DNA of 64,000 bases from Candidatus Obscuribacteraceae bacterium (GTDB lineage: Bacteria > Cyanobacteriota > Vampirovibrionia > Obscuribacterales > Obscuribacteraceae), in NCBI GenBank assembly GCA_044226015.1, contig JBGAHS010000003.1, positions 448,001 through 512,000 of the forward strand, written 5' to 3'. Shown piece by piece: positions 19,407 to 29,298 of the stretch (position 1 is its first letter; every line of letters begins with the position of its first letter). The translations under genes were made by a program, and so were the position numbers. Under the pieces are notes generated by a model. It was not told where the DNA came from, did not search any database, and saw nothing but the letters and a program-made list of their open reading frames with translations.

Positions 19407-21659
19407 TTGCCCGAATCAGCAAGAACGAAACAGCAAATAACTCTAACTCTGGCTCAAAAAGGACTGGTCCTGGTCGGAGTTCCTTTGTTGTTTGAGCTGG
19501 CTTTTGTGGGCATGCTCACCGCCATGCTAAATCATGCAGAGAAGGAATCAACACGCTTAGCCAATTCCAAAGCAATAATCACTAAAACCAATTCACTCAG
19601 CAAACTAGTTGTAGAAGCAGGCGCTTCACTTGCGGGTTACAGCGTAAATCATGACTCGGACTACGAAGACCATTACGAACTCGCAACCGAGCAGATTCCA
19701 CAAGAAATGACTGAATTGATGGCTCTTGCGAAAGACACACCAAGACAATCAAAAAGTTTGAATCAGATTCAAGCCACATTGACGAACGAACTCTATTTGA
19801 TTCGAAGAATTAAAACTGAGCTGGACAAAAATCACAAGACAGACAAGAGCCAGATGTTCGGTGAACTTCAGAAGCTAACGGATTCTCTACAAAAGGAATT
19901 GAATCAATTTGCTTTAGAAGAACGGAAGATAGAAAAAAGTAGTCCGCAAATCGAACAAAGATCGCGCACCATGATTAATACCATGCTATGGGGAGGAACC
20001 GCACTGAACGTGCTGCTCTCTTTGTTGATGGCGCATTTGTTCTACACCGGAATCACAGGGCGTCTCATGGTCTTGATCGACAATGCAATCAAACTCGCGA
20101 AAAACGAGACACTCAATCCACCGATCGCAGGAACTGATGAAGTAGCCTACCTGGATAAAGTGTTTCACGAAATGGCAAGCGCTCTTGCGGAGTCAGCAAA
20201 AAAACAGAGGTCTGTTATTGAGAATGCTTTGGATGTTATTTGTTCAATCGATGAGAATGGCAAGTTCACAGCAGTGAGTTCGGCTTCTGTCAAAGTCTGG
20301 GGCTACCAGCCAGAAGAGCTCATTGGAAGACGTTTCACCGAACTGATTCTCACAGAAGACATTGAAAGCACTCTCGATTGCACAAGAAGAATCATGATTG
20401 AGCACCTACTTCTTCCATTCGAAAACAGAGTGATGCGAAAAGACGGAACTCTCGTCCACATCTTGTGGTCAGCCTACTGGTCGAGTGCAGAAGAAGTCAT
20501 GTTTTGCGTTGCGCACGACATCACAGATCGCAAATTGGCAGAAAATCTACTCAAAGAAAGTGAGCTGCGCACTCGTTCAATCATAGAAGGCATGCCTGTT
20601 GGGCTCGTCATCATAAGCAATGACGGTCATATTGATTTGGCAAATCCGCAAATGGAAAAAATATTTGAATTCCGCGCAGAAGAACTCCTGGGGCAAAATA
20701 TTTCCGAACTCTTCCCCAATGCTGAAGAATTCAGTCCTAACAATTTCAAGGCAGGCGCATATCTGCGACTTCTCAGAAAGGTTCGCGAATTCACTGCAAA
20801 ACGAAAAAGCGGCGAAATATTTCCAGCAGAAATCACATTCACCAGTTTCAACACTGCAGAAGGTACTAAACTTCTCCTGAACGTGCTCGATGTGACAGAA
20901 AGGCACAGCATGGAAAAAATGAAACGAGAGTTTGTCACAACTGTGAGTCACGAACTGCGAACCCCACTCACGTCCATAAGAGGATCTTTGACATTACTTT
21001 CCGTTGGCGCACTTGGATCTTTGCCAGAGCAAGCGATGAAAGCAACAAAAATTGCCGAGAGAAATGCTTTGCGCCTTGCAAATCTCATTAACGACTTACT
21101 CGACATCGAGAAACTCGAAGCAGGAAAAATGGAAATGGTTTTTGAGAAAACCAGCATTGCCAGCGTGATGGAACGCTCTATTGAATCAGTTAAGTCCTAC
21201 GCTGAGCAGTACGAAGTCACGTTTGAACTAGACTTAAAAGGCGATTATTTTGTTTATGGAGATGGAGATAGACTTGTACAGGTTGTCGTAAATTTACTGT
21301 CTAACTCATGCAAATACTCACCGAAACAGGGAACAGTGCATATCGCAGTTTCAACGAATGAATCAGACTACGTTCAAGTTAGCATCAGTGACAAGGGTCG
21401 GGGAATTCCAGCAGAAACACTGCCAAAGATGTTTGAGCGCTTTCAGCAAGTGGAAGTTGCCGATGCTAAACGAAAAGGCGGCTCTGGGCTTGGCTTGGCA
21501 ATTTGCAAAGCAATCATTGAACAACACAATGGAAAAATCGGCGTGGAAAGCGAGCTGGGCAAAGGTAGCAGATTTTGGTTCAGCTTACCGCCTTACGAAG
21601 ATATTGAACTTACAGACAATCTGAGCTCAGTGACAGATATTAATTCAGAGCAGAGCTAA
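19407..21659 (+). CDS. Membrane sensor histidine kinase (CHASE3-like, HAMP, two PAS, HisKA, HATPase)
   Basis: Two TMs, HDITDRK PAC, SHELRTPL H-box, NLLSN N-box, DKGRGI, GGSGLGLAI. Confidence 0.95.
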   Translation: MPESARTKQQITLTLAQKGLVLVGVPLLFELAFVGMLTAMLNHAEKESTRLANSKAIITKTNSLSKLVVEAGASLAGYSVNHDSDYEDHYELATEQIPQEMTELMALAKDTPRQSKSLNQIQATLTNELYLIRRIKTELDKNHKTDKSQMFGELQKLTDSLQKELNQFALEERKIEKSSPQIEQRSRTMINTMLWGGTALNVLLSLLMAHLFYTGITGRLMVLIDNAIKLAKNETLNPPIAGTDEVAYLDKVFHEMASALAESAKKQRSVIENALDVICSIDENGKFTAVSSASVKVWGYQPEELIGRRFTELILTEDIESTLDCTRRIMIEHLLLPFENRVMRKDGTLVHILWSAYWSSAEEVMFCVAHDITDRKLAENLLKESELRTRSIIEGMPVGLVIISNDGHIDLANPQMEKIFEFRAEELLGQNISELFPNAEEFSPNNFKAGAYLRLLRKVREFTAKRKSGEIFPAEITFTSFNTAEGTKLLLNVLDVTERHSMEKMKREFVTTVSHELRTPLTSIRGSLTLLSVGALGSLPEQAMKATKIAERNALRLANLINDLLDIEKLEAGKMEMVFEKTSIASVMERSIESVKSYAEQYEVTFELDLKGDYFVYGDGDRLVQVVVNLLSNSCKYSPKQGTVHIAVSTNESDYVQVSISDKGRGIPAETLPKMFERFQQVEVADAKRKGGSGLGLAICKAIIEQHNGKIGVESELGKGSRFWFSLPPYEDIELTDNLSSVTDINSEQS

Positions 21660-21787
21660 TAGAATCAACCAGCAGTCGCCAAGAGGATCTGTTCTTCAAT
21701 ATCTGGATATAAATGATTCTGCTCCGGGAATTAAGCTCAAAGGACTCTCTAAATGATGAGTTCGGATCCTTACTTAAGGGGTGAAGC

Positions 21788-22156
21788 ATGAAGGTTCTCA
21801 TCATCGATGACGAAGAAGACATTCGCTCAATTGCGTCCATGAGCCTTGGCATTCTGGGCGGAGTCGATGTAGTCGAAGCTGATGGCGGCGAAGACGGAAT
21901 CGCGAAAGCAGCATCAGAGCATCCCGACGCTATTCTGCTCGACATGATGATGCCAGGTCTTGATGGACCTGCCACTCTGGCCAAACTCAAAGAAAACCCT
22001 GCAACCAAGAGTATTCCCGTAATCTTTTTGACAGCGAGAGCCCAGAGCTCAGAGGTCGAAAAGCTAAAGGCTTTAGGCGCTTCGGGCGTATTGCCAAAAC
22101 CCTTTGACCCTACTACCCTGGCTAGCCAGGTTAAAGCGATTCTCGGAGTGCAATAG
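21788..22156 (+). CDS. Single-domain response regulator (CheY-like)
   Basis: IIDDE, LLDMMMP, FLTA, KPF. Confidence 0.95.
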   Translation: MKVLIIDDEEDIRSIASMSLGILGGVDVVEADGGEDGIAKAASEHPDAILLDMMMPGLDGPATLAKLKENPATKSIPVIFLTARAQSSEVEKLKALGASGVLPKPFDPTTLASQVKAILGVQ

Positions 22157-22162
22157 ACGGCG

Positions 22163-23812
22163 ATGCCGGAGACCTGGGACAAAACCTTCCAAGAACTGAA
22201 GAATCAGTATTTGATGCGCTCGCAAGAGCGGCTTGATCAAATCGGTGAGTTGTTGAACTCGCTTGCTAAATCACCCGGCGATATCGGTCTGCTGCGCGAT
22301 TTGATCAGGCAGTTTCATTGGCTCGCTGGCTCAGGCAGCATTTATGGCTTTCCTCAGATTACAAAGCTCGGAACACACGGCGAAGAATTTTGCGAACAGT
22401 TGATGCGCGCGAATAAGGCACTGACTCGTTCTGATTGGGACAAATGCAAAGCTTTACTTGAAGCGTTGCGAGTCACTTTTAACGGTGATGACGATCCGCA
22501 AAGACAGACTATTGAGAAAGCATTGCCGAAATCAGAATATGATGGGGCTGAAGTTCTATTCGTCGATGCTGATCAGAATAATTTTCTCTTCCTCGCCAAA
22601 ACGCTGGAAGACCAGGGAATGCATGTTCGACATATGCGCACAGCTCTAAACGCTCTTGAACAGTGCGGTCATAAAATGCCTAAAGCTGTAATCATTGCGC
22701 TGCCACTTCCCGATGCTTCTGGTTACGAGTTGGTTGAACGAATACGCTCGATGCCCAATGGGCAAGAACCAGTAATCTTTTTCGTCGGCGCAAAGTCTGG
22801 ATTTCTCGACAAAGTTCAGGCAGTTCACTGCGGAGCTGATGGCTTCTTTCAAATGCCCGTCGACTGGGAGCATGTTCAGTCGCGACTTAAATACCTGCTT
22901 CAACGTGGTCAGCCACAAAACTATCGAATCCTCTCAGTTGAAGACGACCCTGACCAAGCCTATTTCATCAAATATGTCTTAGAATCCGCAGGTTATCAGG
23001 TTCACCACATTGCAGACCCCATGCAATTCGAAGAAGCCTTGCTTTCCTTCAACCCTGATTTGGTTATGCTCGATATTCTGCTTCCAGGAATGACCGGATA
23101 TGAATTAGCACGATATCTGAGGCAGGATGAGCGCTGGGCAACCATGCCAATTCTTTTTCTAACCACACAAAATCAATTGGAAGCTCACATCGAATCAGCA
23201 AGAGCAGGTGCTGACGACCACCTCGTAAAACCTGTCGCACCAGCATTACTATTGTCTGCCACAGCTTCACGTCTTGAGCGCGCACGATTCTTGAAGAATC
23301 TCCTGCATCGAGACGGTCTAACCAAGCTGCTCACGCACACAGCATTCATGGAGCAAGCTCAGCAAACAGTTTCTCATTGCAAGAGAAATCCGAAGCGAAT
23401 AGCGGCTCTCATGCTCATTGACCTCGACCGATTCAAGCCTGTAAATGAGCATTTCGGCTACGCAACGGGAGACAAGGTACTGGTCTCCTTATCCACTGTA
23501 CTTCGACAACGATTGCGCTCATCAGACATTCTTGGTCGCTTTGGCGGTGAGGAAGTAGCCATCATAGTAGAAGATCTTGAAGAATACGACGCTGTAAATC
23601 TCGCACAGCGGCTGCTGCACGACTTTAGCAATATGCGCCATCGTGCGCCCGATGGCACAGAGTTTCAGATGACTTTTAGCTGCGGAGTAGCAATGCTTGA
23701 TGCAAAAGTAATGGATGTTGAACGCTGGAGACGCCATGCCGAACAAGCATTGCGCGCAGCCAAAACAAACGGCCGCAATTGTGTGATGAAACTGACGGGC
23801 GGTAAGAGATAG
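22163..23812 (+). CDS. Hpt-REC-REC-GGDEF diguanylate cyclase
   Basis: HWLAGSG Hpt, degenerate REC1, canonical REC2 (MLDILLP), DGLT, DLDRFK, RSSD I-site, GGEEV. Confidence 0.9.
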   Translation: MPETWDKTFQELKNQYLMRSQERLDQIGELLNSLAKSPGDIGLLRDLIRQFHWLAGSGSIYGFPQITKLGTHGEEFCEQLMRANKALTRSDWDKCKALLEALRVTFNGDDDPQRQTIEKALPKSEYDGAEVLFVDADQNNFLFLAKTLEDQGMHVRHMRTALNALEQCGHKMPKAVIIALPLPDASGYELVERIRSMPNGQEPVIFFVGAKSGFLDKVQAVHCGADGFFQMPVDWEHVQSRLKYLLQRGQPQNYRILSVEDDPDQAYFIKYVLESAGYQVHHIADPMQFEEALLSFNPDLVMLDILLPGMTGYELARYLRQDERWATMPILFLTTQNQLEAHIESARAGADDHLVKPVAPALLLSATASRLERARFLKNLLHRDGLTKLLTHTAFMEQAQQTVSHCKRNPKRIAALMLIDLDRFKPVNEHFGYATGDKVLVSLSTVLRQRLRSSDILGRFGGEEVAIIVEDLEEYDAVNLAQRLLHDFSNMRHRAPDGTEFQMTFSCGVAMLDAKVMDVERWRRHAEQALRAAKTNGRNCVMKLTGGKR

Positions 23813-23837
23813 TTTGAATCTCTGAAAGGAGATAAGC

Positions 23838-24779
23838 GTGTCCATTAGCAGACGCCTGACCTTACAAATTCCTGGAAGCATCAGCAATCTGGGTCCCGGC
23901 TTTGACAGTCTGGCTCTGGCGTTGAATATTCACTGCAAAGTCAGTGTGGCACTTCTAGAAAAAAACGATCCAAACATTCCTTTCATTACCTTCAAAGGTG
24001 CCGCAGCAAAACGAAGTGAGCCAGGTGATACCGACGGCTTGCTCTACAAAGTTTTGAAGAGCATTTGGAAAGGCAACCCTGAATTGCTTCATTGTATTCG
24101 AGTAGAAATTGAGTCCGAAGTTCCGCTGGGCTGTGGCTTAGGAGGCAGCACAGCTGCCATTCTTGGAGCGCTCTGGGGCTCTTATGTATTTCAGGATAGA
24201 ATTCCCAACCCACCAACCTTGCTTGCAGAAGCTACAGCGCTAGAAGGATATAGCGAAGGTTTTGCTGCTAGCCTTTTAGGGGATTTTGTTGTTTGCGCTA
24301 AAGGCATGGATGGCGACCGCATCATAGCTAAGCAATTGAACTGGCCTCAACGCTGGAAACCCATTTTCGTTGTACCGACCTACCGTCGCAGCACCGAAGA
24401 TATGAGAGCTTGCCTCCCGGACAAAATAAGCATGGCCGACGCGACATTCAATTTGCAGCGCACAGCTCTGCTGGTATCAGCAGTGGTGCGCGATGATGAT
24501 AGTGCTATGAAGGAAGCCCTGCACGACAAGTTACATGAGAGTTATCGCAGTCCACACGTGCCTCTTTTGCCAAAGCTTAGAGCCGCGCTCGGCGACCTCC
24601 CAATTATTGGTACCTGCCTGAGCGGGGCGGGTCCCTCAGTGATGGTTCTGGCCGCGGAGAAACACCGTGCTGAAGTTCTGGAGTTTTTGCAAAATTGGGC
24701 TCTTACAGAAGAAGACGGTGTTAGCGTAATGCCGATTGATGTAGACAGAGACGGACTAAAAGAGCTGGAATTTGAGTAG
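23838..24779 (+). CDS. thrB: Homoserine kinase
   Basis: SISNLGPGFDSL, PLGCGLGGS GHMP motif, DKLHESYR, LSGAGPS. Confidence 0.85.
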   Translation: MSISRRLTLQIPGSISNLGPGFDSLALALNIHCKVSVALLEKNDPNIPFITFKGAAAKRSEPGDTDGLLYKVLKSIWKGNPELLHCIRVEIESEVPLGCGLGGSTAAILGALWGSYVFQDRIPNPPTLLAEATALEGYSEGFAASLLGDFVVCAKGMDGDRIIAKQLNWPQRWKPIFVVPTYRRSTEDMRACLPDKISMADATFNLQRTALLVSAVVRDDDSAMKEALHDKLHESYRSPHVPLLPKLRAALGDLPIIGTCLSGAGPSVMVLAAEKHRAEVLEFLQNWALTEEDGVSVMPIDVDRDGLKELEFE

Positions 24780-24986
24780 ACAGCAAGCCTCGCGATGAGT
24801 CCTTAGCGAAGCCGGGCTATCGGTTTCTATTTTGAAAACTGCGGAAAATACGACATCCATAATGGTCTGCGGACTCGCTTGGCTACCCCAAAAATAAGTC
24901 CAAAAAGACTGCGACTGAATAGTTGCCAAGTGCTGCGAAGTTTCACCTACTTCCACTGCACGTACGCACAGTTCCACACCGCAAAC

Positions 24987-25016
24987 TTGATCAGGGCCGT
25001 ACTGTACGCCTAAGGT
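24987..25016 (+). promoter_or_regulatory. Putative promoter TTGATC-N18-TAAGGT
   Basis: 18-bp spacing; followed by an extremely G-poor leader. Confidence 0.6.
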
Positions 25017-25269
25017 CTAGTTATTCATGTTCCACCCACCCCCACCCCCTGATACCCGCTCTCACGCACAATTCTCAAACCCTCCCCTCCTCTAACACAC
25101 CTGTCATCAATGACACGGTGCCTGCCGACTCCATAAAGCATCAACGCACTAGCAAGTTCTGACCGCAAGCAGAGCTCAGCTAGGGCAAACAACACGTTGG
25201 GATTGTCCCTTCGTGGTTTTCTTCATGACTTGGTCCGAAAGACCCAAAAACAAGAACAAGGAGTTTTCC

Positions 25270-25719
25270 ATGAACTGCCAAACGATCATCCTGTGGAGCA
25301 ACAACGGCAAGCTGGTTGCGACCCTCTTCGCTTCGCGTCGCGATGCCTTCAACATCGAACGCGTGGACGACCAGATGGGCATGATTGCCGTGAAGGTGAC
25401 GACCACTGCGAACTTCAACCCTGAGCAGGACTATCTGGTCCGCCAGGTGGAGAAGAACGGCAGCAGCGAGAAGCAGCTCGTTTTCGGCACCCTGCCGAAA
25501 TGGGCTGGCGGAACGCTGCTTGCTGGTCGCAGCATCGTCGCTGACGGTTCCGACGTGACGGCTCTCCTGCAGCGTCACCCGGCCACCACCGTCAACGACA
25601 GAGAAACTTGCCGCCTGAACGGACTCGTCGTCGCCGGTGACTTCAACTACGGCAAGCACGAATGCAACTGCGGCAAGAAGGCTTGCAATTGCAGCGAAGA
25701 TGAATGCACGGGCAAGTAG
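25270..25719 (+). CDS. Hypothetical protein with Cys-rich C-terminus (149 aa)
   Basis: AAGGAG RBS; C-biased codons; ends HECNCGKKACNCSEDEC. Confidence 0.75.
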   Translation: MNCQTIILWSNNGKLVATLFASRRDAFNIERVDDQMGMIAVKVTTTANFNPEQDYLVRQVEKNGSSEKQLVFGTLPKWAGGTLLAGRSIVADGSDVTALLQRHPATTVNDRETCRLNGLVVAGDFNYGKHECNCGKKACNCSEDECTGK

Positions 25720-25885
25720 CCCACTGAGCAGCACAGTGACTCCACTTGCGGGGAGTCGCTGGCGCAGCTCTGTCCCCTATCCGCACCATCCTGCGGTGGG
25801 GCCGATGAACAACCATCGGTGCTGGTCAGGCTTGGAATGGAGCCTGGCTGGGGAATCACGGTTGATTTCCAATCTAACTTACTTG
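25720..25885 (+). ncRNA. Candidate structured RNA (five consecutive hairpins) between the Cys-rich gene and the Cas4-like gene
   Basis: cagtgactcc/ggagtcgctg; cccc..ccgca/tgcgg..gggg; ccgatg/catcgg; ctggtcaggctt/gagcctggctgg; ggaatca/tgatttcc. Confidence 0.4.
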
Positions 25886-25896
25886 AGGTAATTGAT

Positions 25897-26691
25897 ATGA
25901 AACGAAGCATCTCATTCGGTGAGCTGTGGACATTTGAAGAGTGCCCACAGCAGTATCTCGCGCGACTCATGCGCCAGAAACAGACAGTAACAAAAGAGCA
26001 AGTGGTCGGCAATGCCACTCACGCTCTGGCGGAAACCAAAGGCGAAAAAACCGCTGCGGTAGAGCGCCTCATTGCTCGGGAGTTGGCGTGCCTGCCAGCT
26101 CACGAGCAAGAAGAGACGCTTGCAAGAATCGAACTTGTCAGCGCTAACGCCAAGGAAATGGCAGAAGCAGACAACGACGATGACGGCGATACCGAGCGGG
26201 AAACGGTTTACCGCTGGTTTCACAAGGAAAGCGGCTGGTGGCTCTGTGCCAAACCCGACAAGGTTGAAATCGTCGAGGAAGATGGAAAACAAATCCTCGA
26301 CATTCTCGACTACAAATCGGGAGCGTCATACGAGTACGGCACTGACGACGGCGTGAGCTACCGTCCGAAGCGCAAACACAAGGAGCAGATTTACTTCTTC
26401 GCCCTTGTCGTCGCCAACGCCATGAACTGGACCGGCAAGATTCGCCTGCGCATTCGCTACTGGGGCAACAAGGCCGAGTGCAAACCGATGTGGTACAGCC
26501 ACTATCGCTCACCTGGCAAACTGCTTGAACTCAGCGCAGTGCTCAAGCGCATCGAAGAGTACGTAGCCAACAAGGCGTTCCCCTGCAAGACCGGCTTCTG
26601 GTGCAACACCTGCCCCCGAGCTGCCACTTGCGAAGCGAACCAATCGCGGCTGCAACTCATCGGAGAATTGCCACTGCAGCGCACTGCTTAA
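25897..26691 (+). CDS. PD-(D/E)XK nuclease, Cas4/AddB-like with predicted Fe-S cysteines
   Basis: ECPQQY, GNATH, KPD, LDYKSG, QIYFF and C-terminal CNTCPRAATC. Confidence 0.85.
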   Translation: MKRSISFGELWTFEECPQQYLARLMRQKQTVTKEQVVGNATHALAETKGEKTAAVERLIARELACLPAHEQEETLARIELVSANAKEMAEADNDDDGDTERETVYRWFHKESGWWLCAKPDKVEIVEEDGKQILDILDYKSGASYEYGTDDGVSYRPKRKHKEQIYFFALVVANAMNWTGKIRLRIRYWGNKAECKPMWYSHYRSPGKLLELSAVLKRIEEYVANKAFPCKTGFWCNTCPRAATCEANQSRLQLIGELPLQRTA

Positions 26692-26697
26692 TGTCAA

Positions 26698-26735
26698 AGA
26701 AAGGGGTTGAAGCTTTACCGCTTCAACCCCTTTCT
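26698..26735. terminator. Bidirectional terminator
   Basis: agaaaggggttgaagc/gcttcaacccctttct perfect stem between convergent genes. Confidence 0.8.
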
Positions 26736-26803
26736 GCGATTTTCTTAGCTTTTTGGCATTTTAAATAACAAATCTGCGGCACCTTTTGCATTTTAAAACC
26801 GGC

Positions 26804-28183
26804 TCAAACATGGTTATGCAAGCCTGAAACAAAAGACCATGCCGGATTTTTTCCCAGTATCAGTTCCCTGATTTCAGCAATCAGATAAAGCGAACCTGTT
26901 GCACAAAAGAAGCCCTGATCACAACTGCTGCTCTCTGCCAATGCAAAAGCCTCTTCGCTGGAATTACAAATTTCGACTTTCATTCCCAGCGCTCGGGCTT
27001 TCTCAAAAATAAGATTGGGATCCATCGCTTTCTGGCTGTAAGAGCGGCTTGCAATCAAAAGACTCGATGATGGATATATAGCCTCCAGAATTTGGTCGAT
27101 ATTTTTGTCTGAATTCACACCAAGCACAAATACTGATTTATCACGCTGAAAGTGACGTTTAATGCCGTCCACCAGCGCTTGCATCGATTCGCCATTGTGC
27201 GCACCATCAATGAGTACATTTGTTCCAGCATGCTTTAATACTTCCATTCGACCAGGAACGCAAACCGCTTCGAGACTTGAATGCATGGTTTTGAAAGAAC
27301 TCCGCAGCAGACCCTTCCTGGTCAAAGCATCCATCGCTGCAATTGCTGTGGAGGCATTGTCCAGCTGATGCCGACCCAGCATTCGCAATTGAAACTCGCG
27401 CTCCGCTTCCACATCCTTCAACTTGCTTTTCAGGACAAATGACTGTCTTTGCTCATCAAATTCCCTAGCTTCAATTTCATAGTGCCTTGCCACATCAACA
27501 AATTCTGCATCCTGTTCCTGGCAAATCTTTTCTATCAAGGCTGGCACGCTTGCATCATGCTGAGGAGCCAGAACCACGATTGCACCAGGGCGAATTATTC
27601 CCGCCTTGTTTCGTGCAATCTCCTGTGTAGTTTTACCAAGCACGCTTGTATGCTCAAGACTCACAGCTGTAATCAGGACTATTTCCTTCTTATCAAAAAC
27701 ATTAGTGGCATCGTATTGCCCACCCATTCCGACCTCAACAACCTGCCACTGCATTTGGTGCTTATTGTTCAGTAAAAAAAACAACGAAGTCATTGCTCCA
27801 AAAGTGCTGACGGGTCCGCTATCACTCTCATGCTGCGAGAGCACGATGTCTTTGATTTCAGACACTCCACTGGCAAATTCAGACTCTCCTACTGGTTTGC
27901 AATCGAGACAAATTCTTTCGCGATATGAATGCAAATGAGGTGATGTGTACAGAGAGCACGAATACTCGGCAGCCAACATGGCAGACAGCATGGCGCTCGT
28001 GCTGCCTTTACCTTTTGAACCCGTTATGTGAGCCGTCATCCGTCCAAGTTGGGGGTCACCCAGACGCTGCAATAAGGATCGCATGCACTCCAGGCTCATC
28101 GTTCGTGCAAGGTTGCCATGACTGTTTCGCTCCATATCGGGCAGGTCTAGCAGGAAGTTCGTGGCTTCGTTATAGTTCATCAT
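26804..28183 (-). CDS. folC: Bifunctional folylpolyglutamate synthase/dihydrofolate synthase
   Basis: HITGSKGKGST, YTSPHL, EVGMGGQYDATN, PGRME, DGAHN, GSLYL. Confidence 0.95.
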   Translation of the reverse strand: MMNYNEATNFLLDLPDMERNSHGNLARTMSLECMRSLLQRLGDPQLGRMTAHITGSKGKGSTSAMLSAMLAAEYSCSLYTSPHLHSYRERICLDCKPVGESEFASGVSEIKDIVLSQHESDSGPVSTFGAMTSLFFLLNNKHQMQWQVVEVGMGGQYDATNVFDKKEIVLITAVSLEHTSVLGKTTQEIARNKAGIIRPGAIVVLAPQHDASVPALIEKICQEQDAEFVDVARHYEIEAREFDEQRQSFVLKSKLKDVEAEREFQLRMLGRHQLDNASTAIAAMDALTRKGLLRSSFKTMHSSLEAVCVPGRMEVLKHAGTNVLIDGAHNGESMQALVDGIKRHFQRDKSVFVLGVNSDKNIDQILEAIYPSSSLLIASRSYSQKAMDPNLIFEKARALGMKVEICNSSEEAFALAESSSCDQGFFCATGSLYLIAEIRELILGKNPAWSFVSGLHNHV

Positions 28184-28373
28184 TTCCCCTTGAATCGAGC
28201 CTGAAGTTTATCAGCACTGATGCGTTTTGACACCTGACTGTTACTTTGCCTGTTACCTTGATTTTTGGGGCAAGTACGCTACTTGATGTAGTAAAAATTG
28301 CCAGAAGAAGAGAGTCCGAAAATTTGCTTGCGCAAATTGGACTCGTTCTTCATTAATCAGCGAAAAGCTGTTA

Positions 28374-28853
28374 CTAGGCTCCTCTGCAAATAACACAGTT
28401 TTGAGCTAGTCCCTGACGGGGCGTTCCACAATAACGGCAAAACTGCACGCCCTGCTGCACGGTGCTTGCAAAGCCATCGGCTTGTGCGCTACTTCGAAAT
28501 TGCTCCTCAGATGCGTTCTGAACTCCTGGCTTTGTGCGTGGTTTTGGCTTGGGATGCGGTGCATGTTCTGGGTCAGAATCTGGCTTCGGTCGCGGTTTTG
28601 GACCGGGTCGTCGTCCTCCTGTTTTCTTACTTGGGACTAGCACCTTTGCTGAAGCCTTAAACATGCTTGAAAGTACTTTGAAAACACCAGAAATGACTGC
28701 GGACGAAATCGCGGCAGTCAGCTCAAAAACCTGGTCAAACAACTTCTCAGGACTTTTCATTCCGAACAAAATCGCAAGAATAACCATCGGCAGTATTAAA
28801 GGCAGTACCAAATGCCCATAAATCTGCAGTATCAAATTAGAGATGTACTCCAT
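28374..28853 (-). CDS. Membrane protein with Pro/Lys linker and C-terminal zinc ribbon
   Basis: N-terminal TM, KPRPKP linker, CRYC...CVIC; AAGGAG RBS. Confidence 0.7.
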   Translation of the reverse strand: MEYISNLILQIYGHLVLPLILPMVILAILFGMKSPEKLFDQVFELTAAISSAVISGVFKVLSSMFKASAKVLVPSKKTGGRRPGPKPRPKPDSDPEHAPHPKPKPRTKPGVQNASEEQFRSSAQADGFASTVQQGVQFCRYCGTPRQGLAQNCVICRGA

Positions 28854-29298
28854 GAAACTCCTTCGTTCCAAATGGTGTGAGCTAATAAAGCGGCAGATTG
28901 GCTATCTATCTATCTTTATGACTCTCCTGTATTTGAAACAATTGCTGCTATACGCTTGAACGCTAGAAGAGTCAGTCATGAGATTTCCAGCAGCAAAGGC
29001 GCGAAGCCGTACAAAATTGGCTTGTATTCAATTCACGAAATTCACGCTTAGCCTGAAACAGCGCAAGATTGACAGAGCCGCGCTATGCAGGTTCCAAACT
29101 AAAAGCATGTAATCCTGTCGAATTCATCAGTATTGCGGGATTCACTTAATAAAACAAAGACTTCATTTTGAGCCTCGAACAAGCTTATTTTGAAACCCCA
29201 ACTTTTCCCATCCAAAAGCTTTTCACGAACCAACAAAAACAACATTGCATTTGCCACAACTAACTCGCTCTTTTCGAGCCTGGAAGGAGTCGAACACA

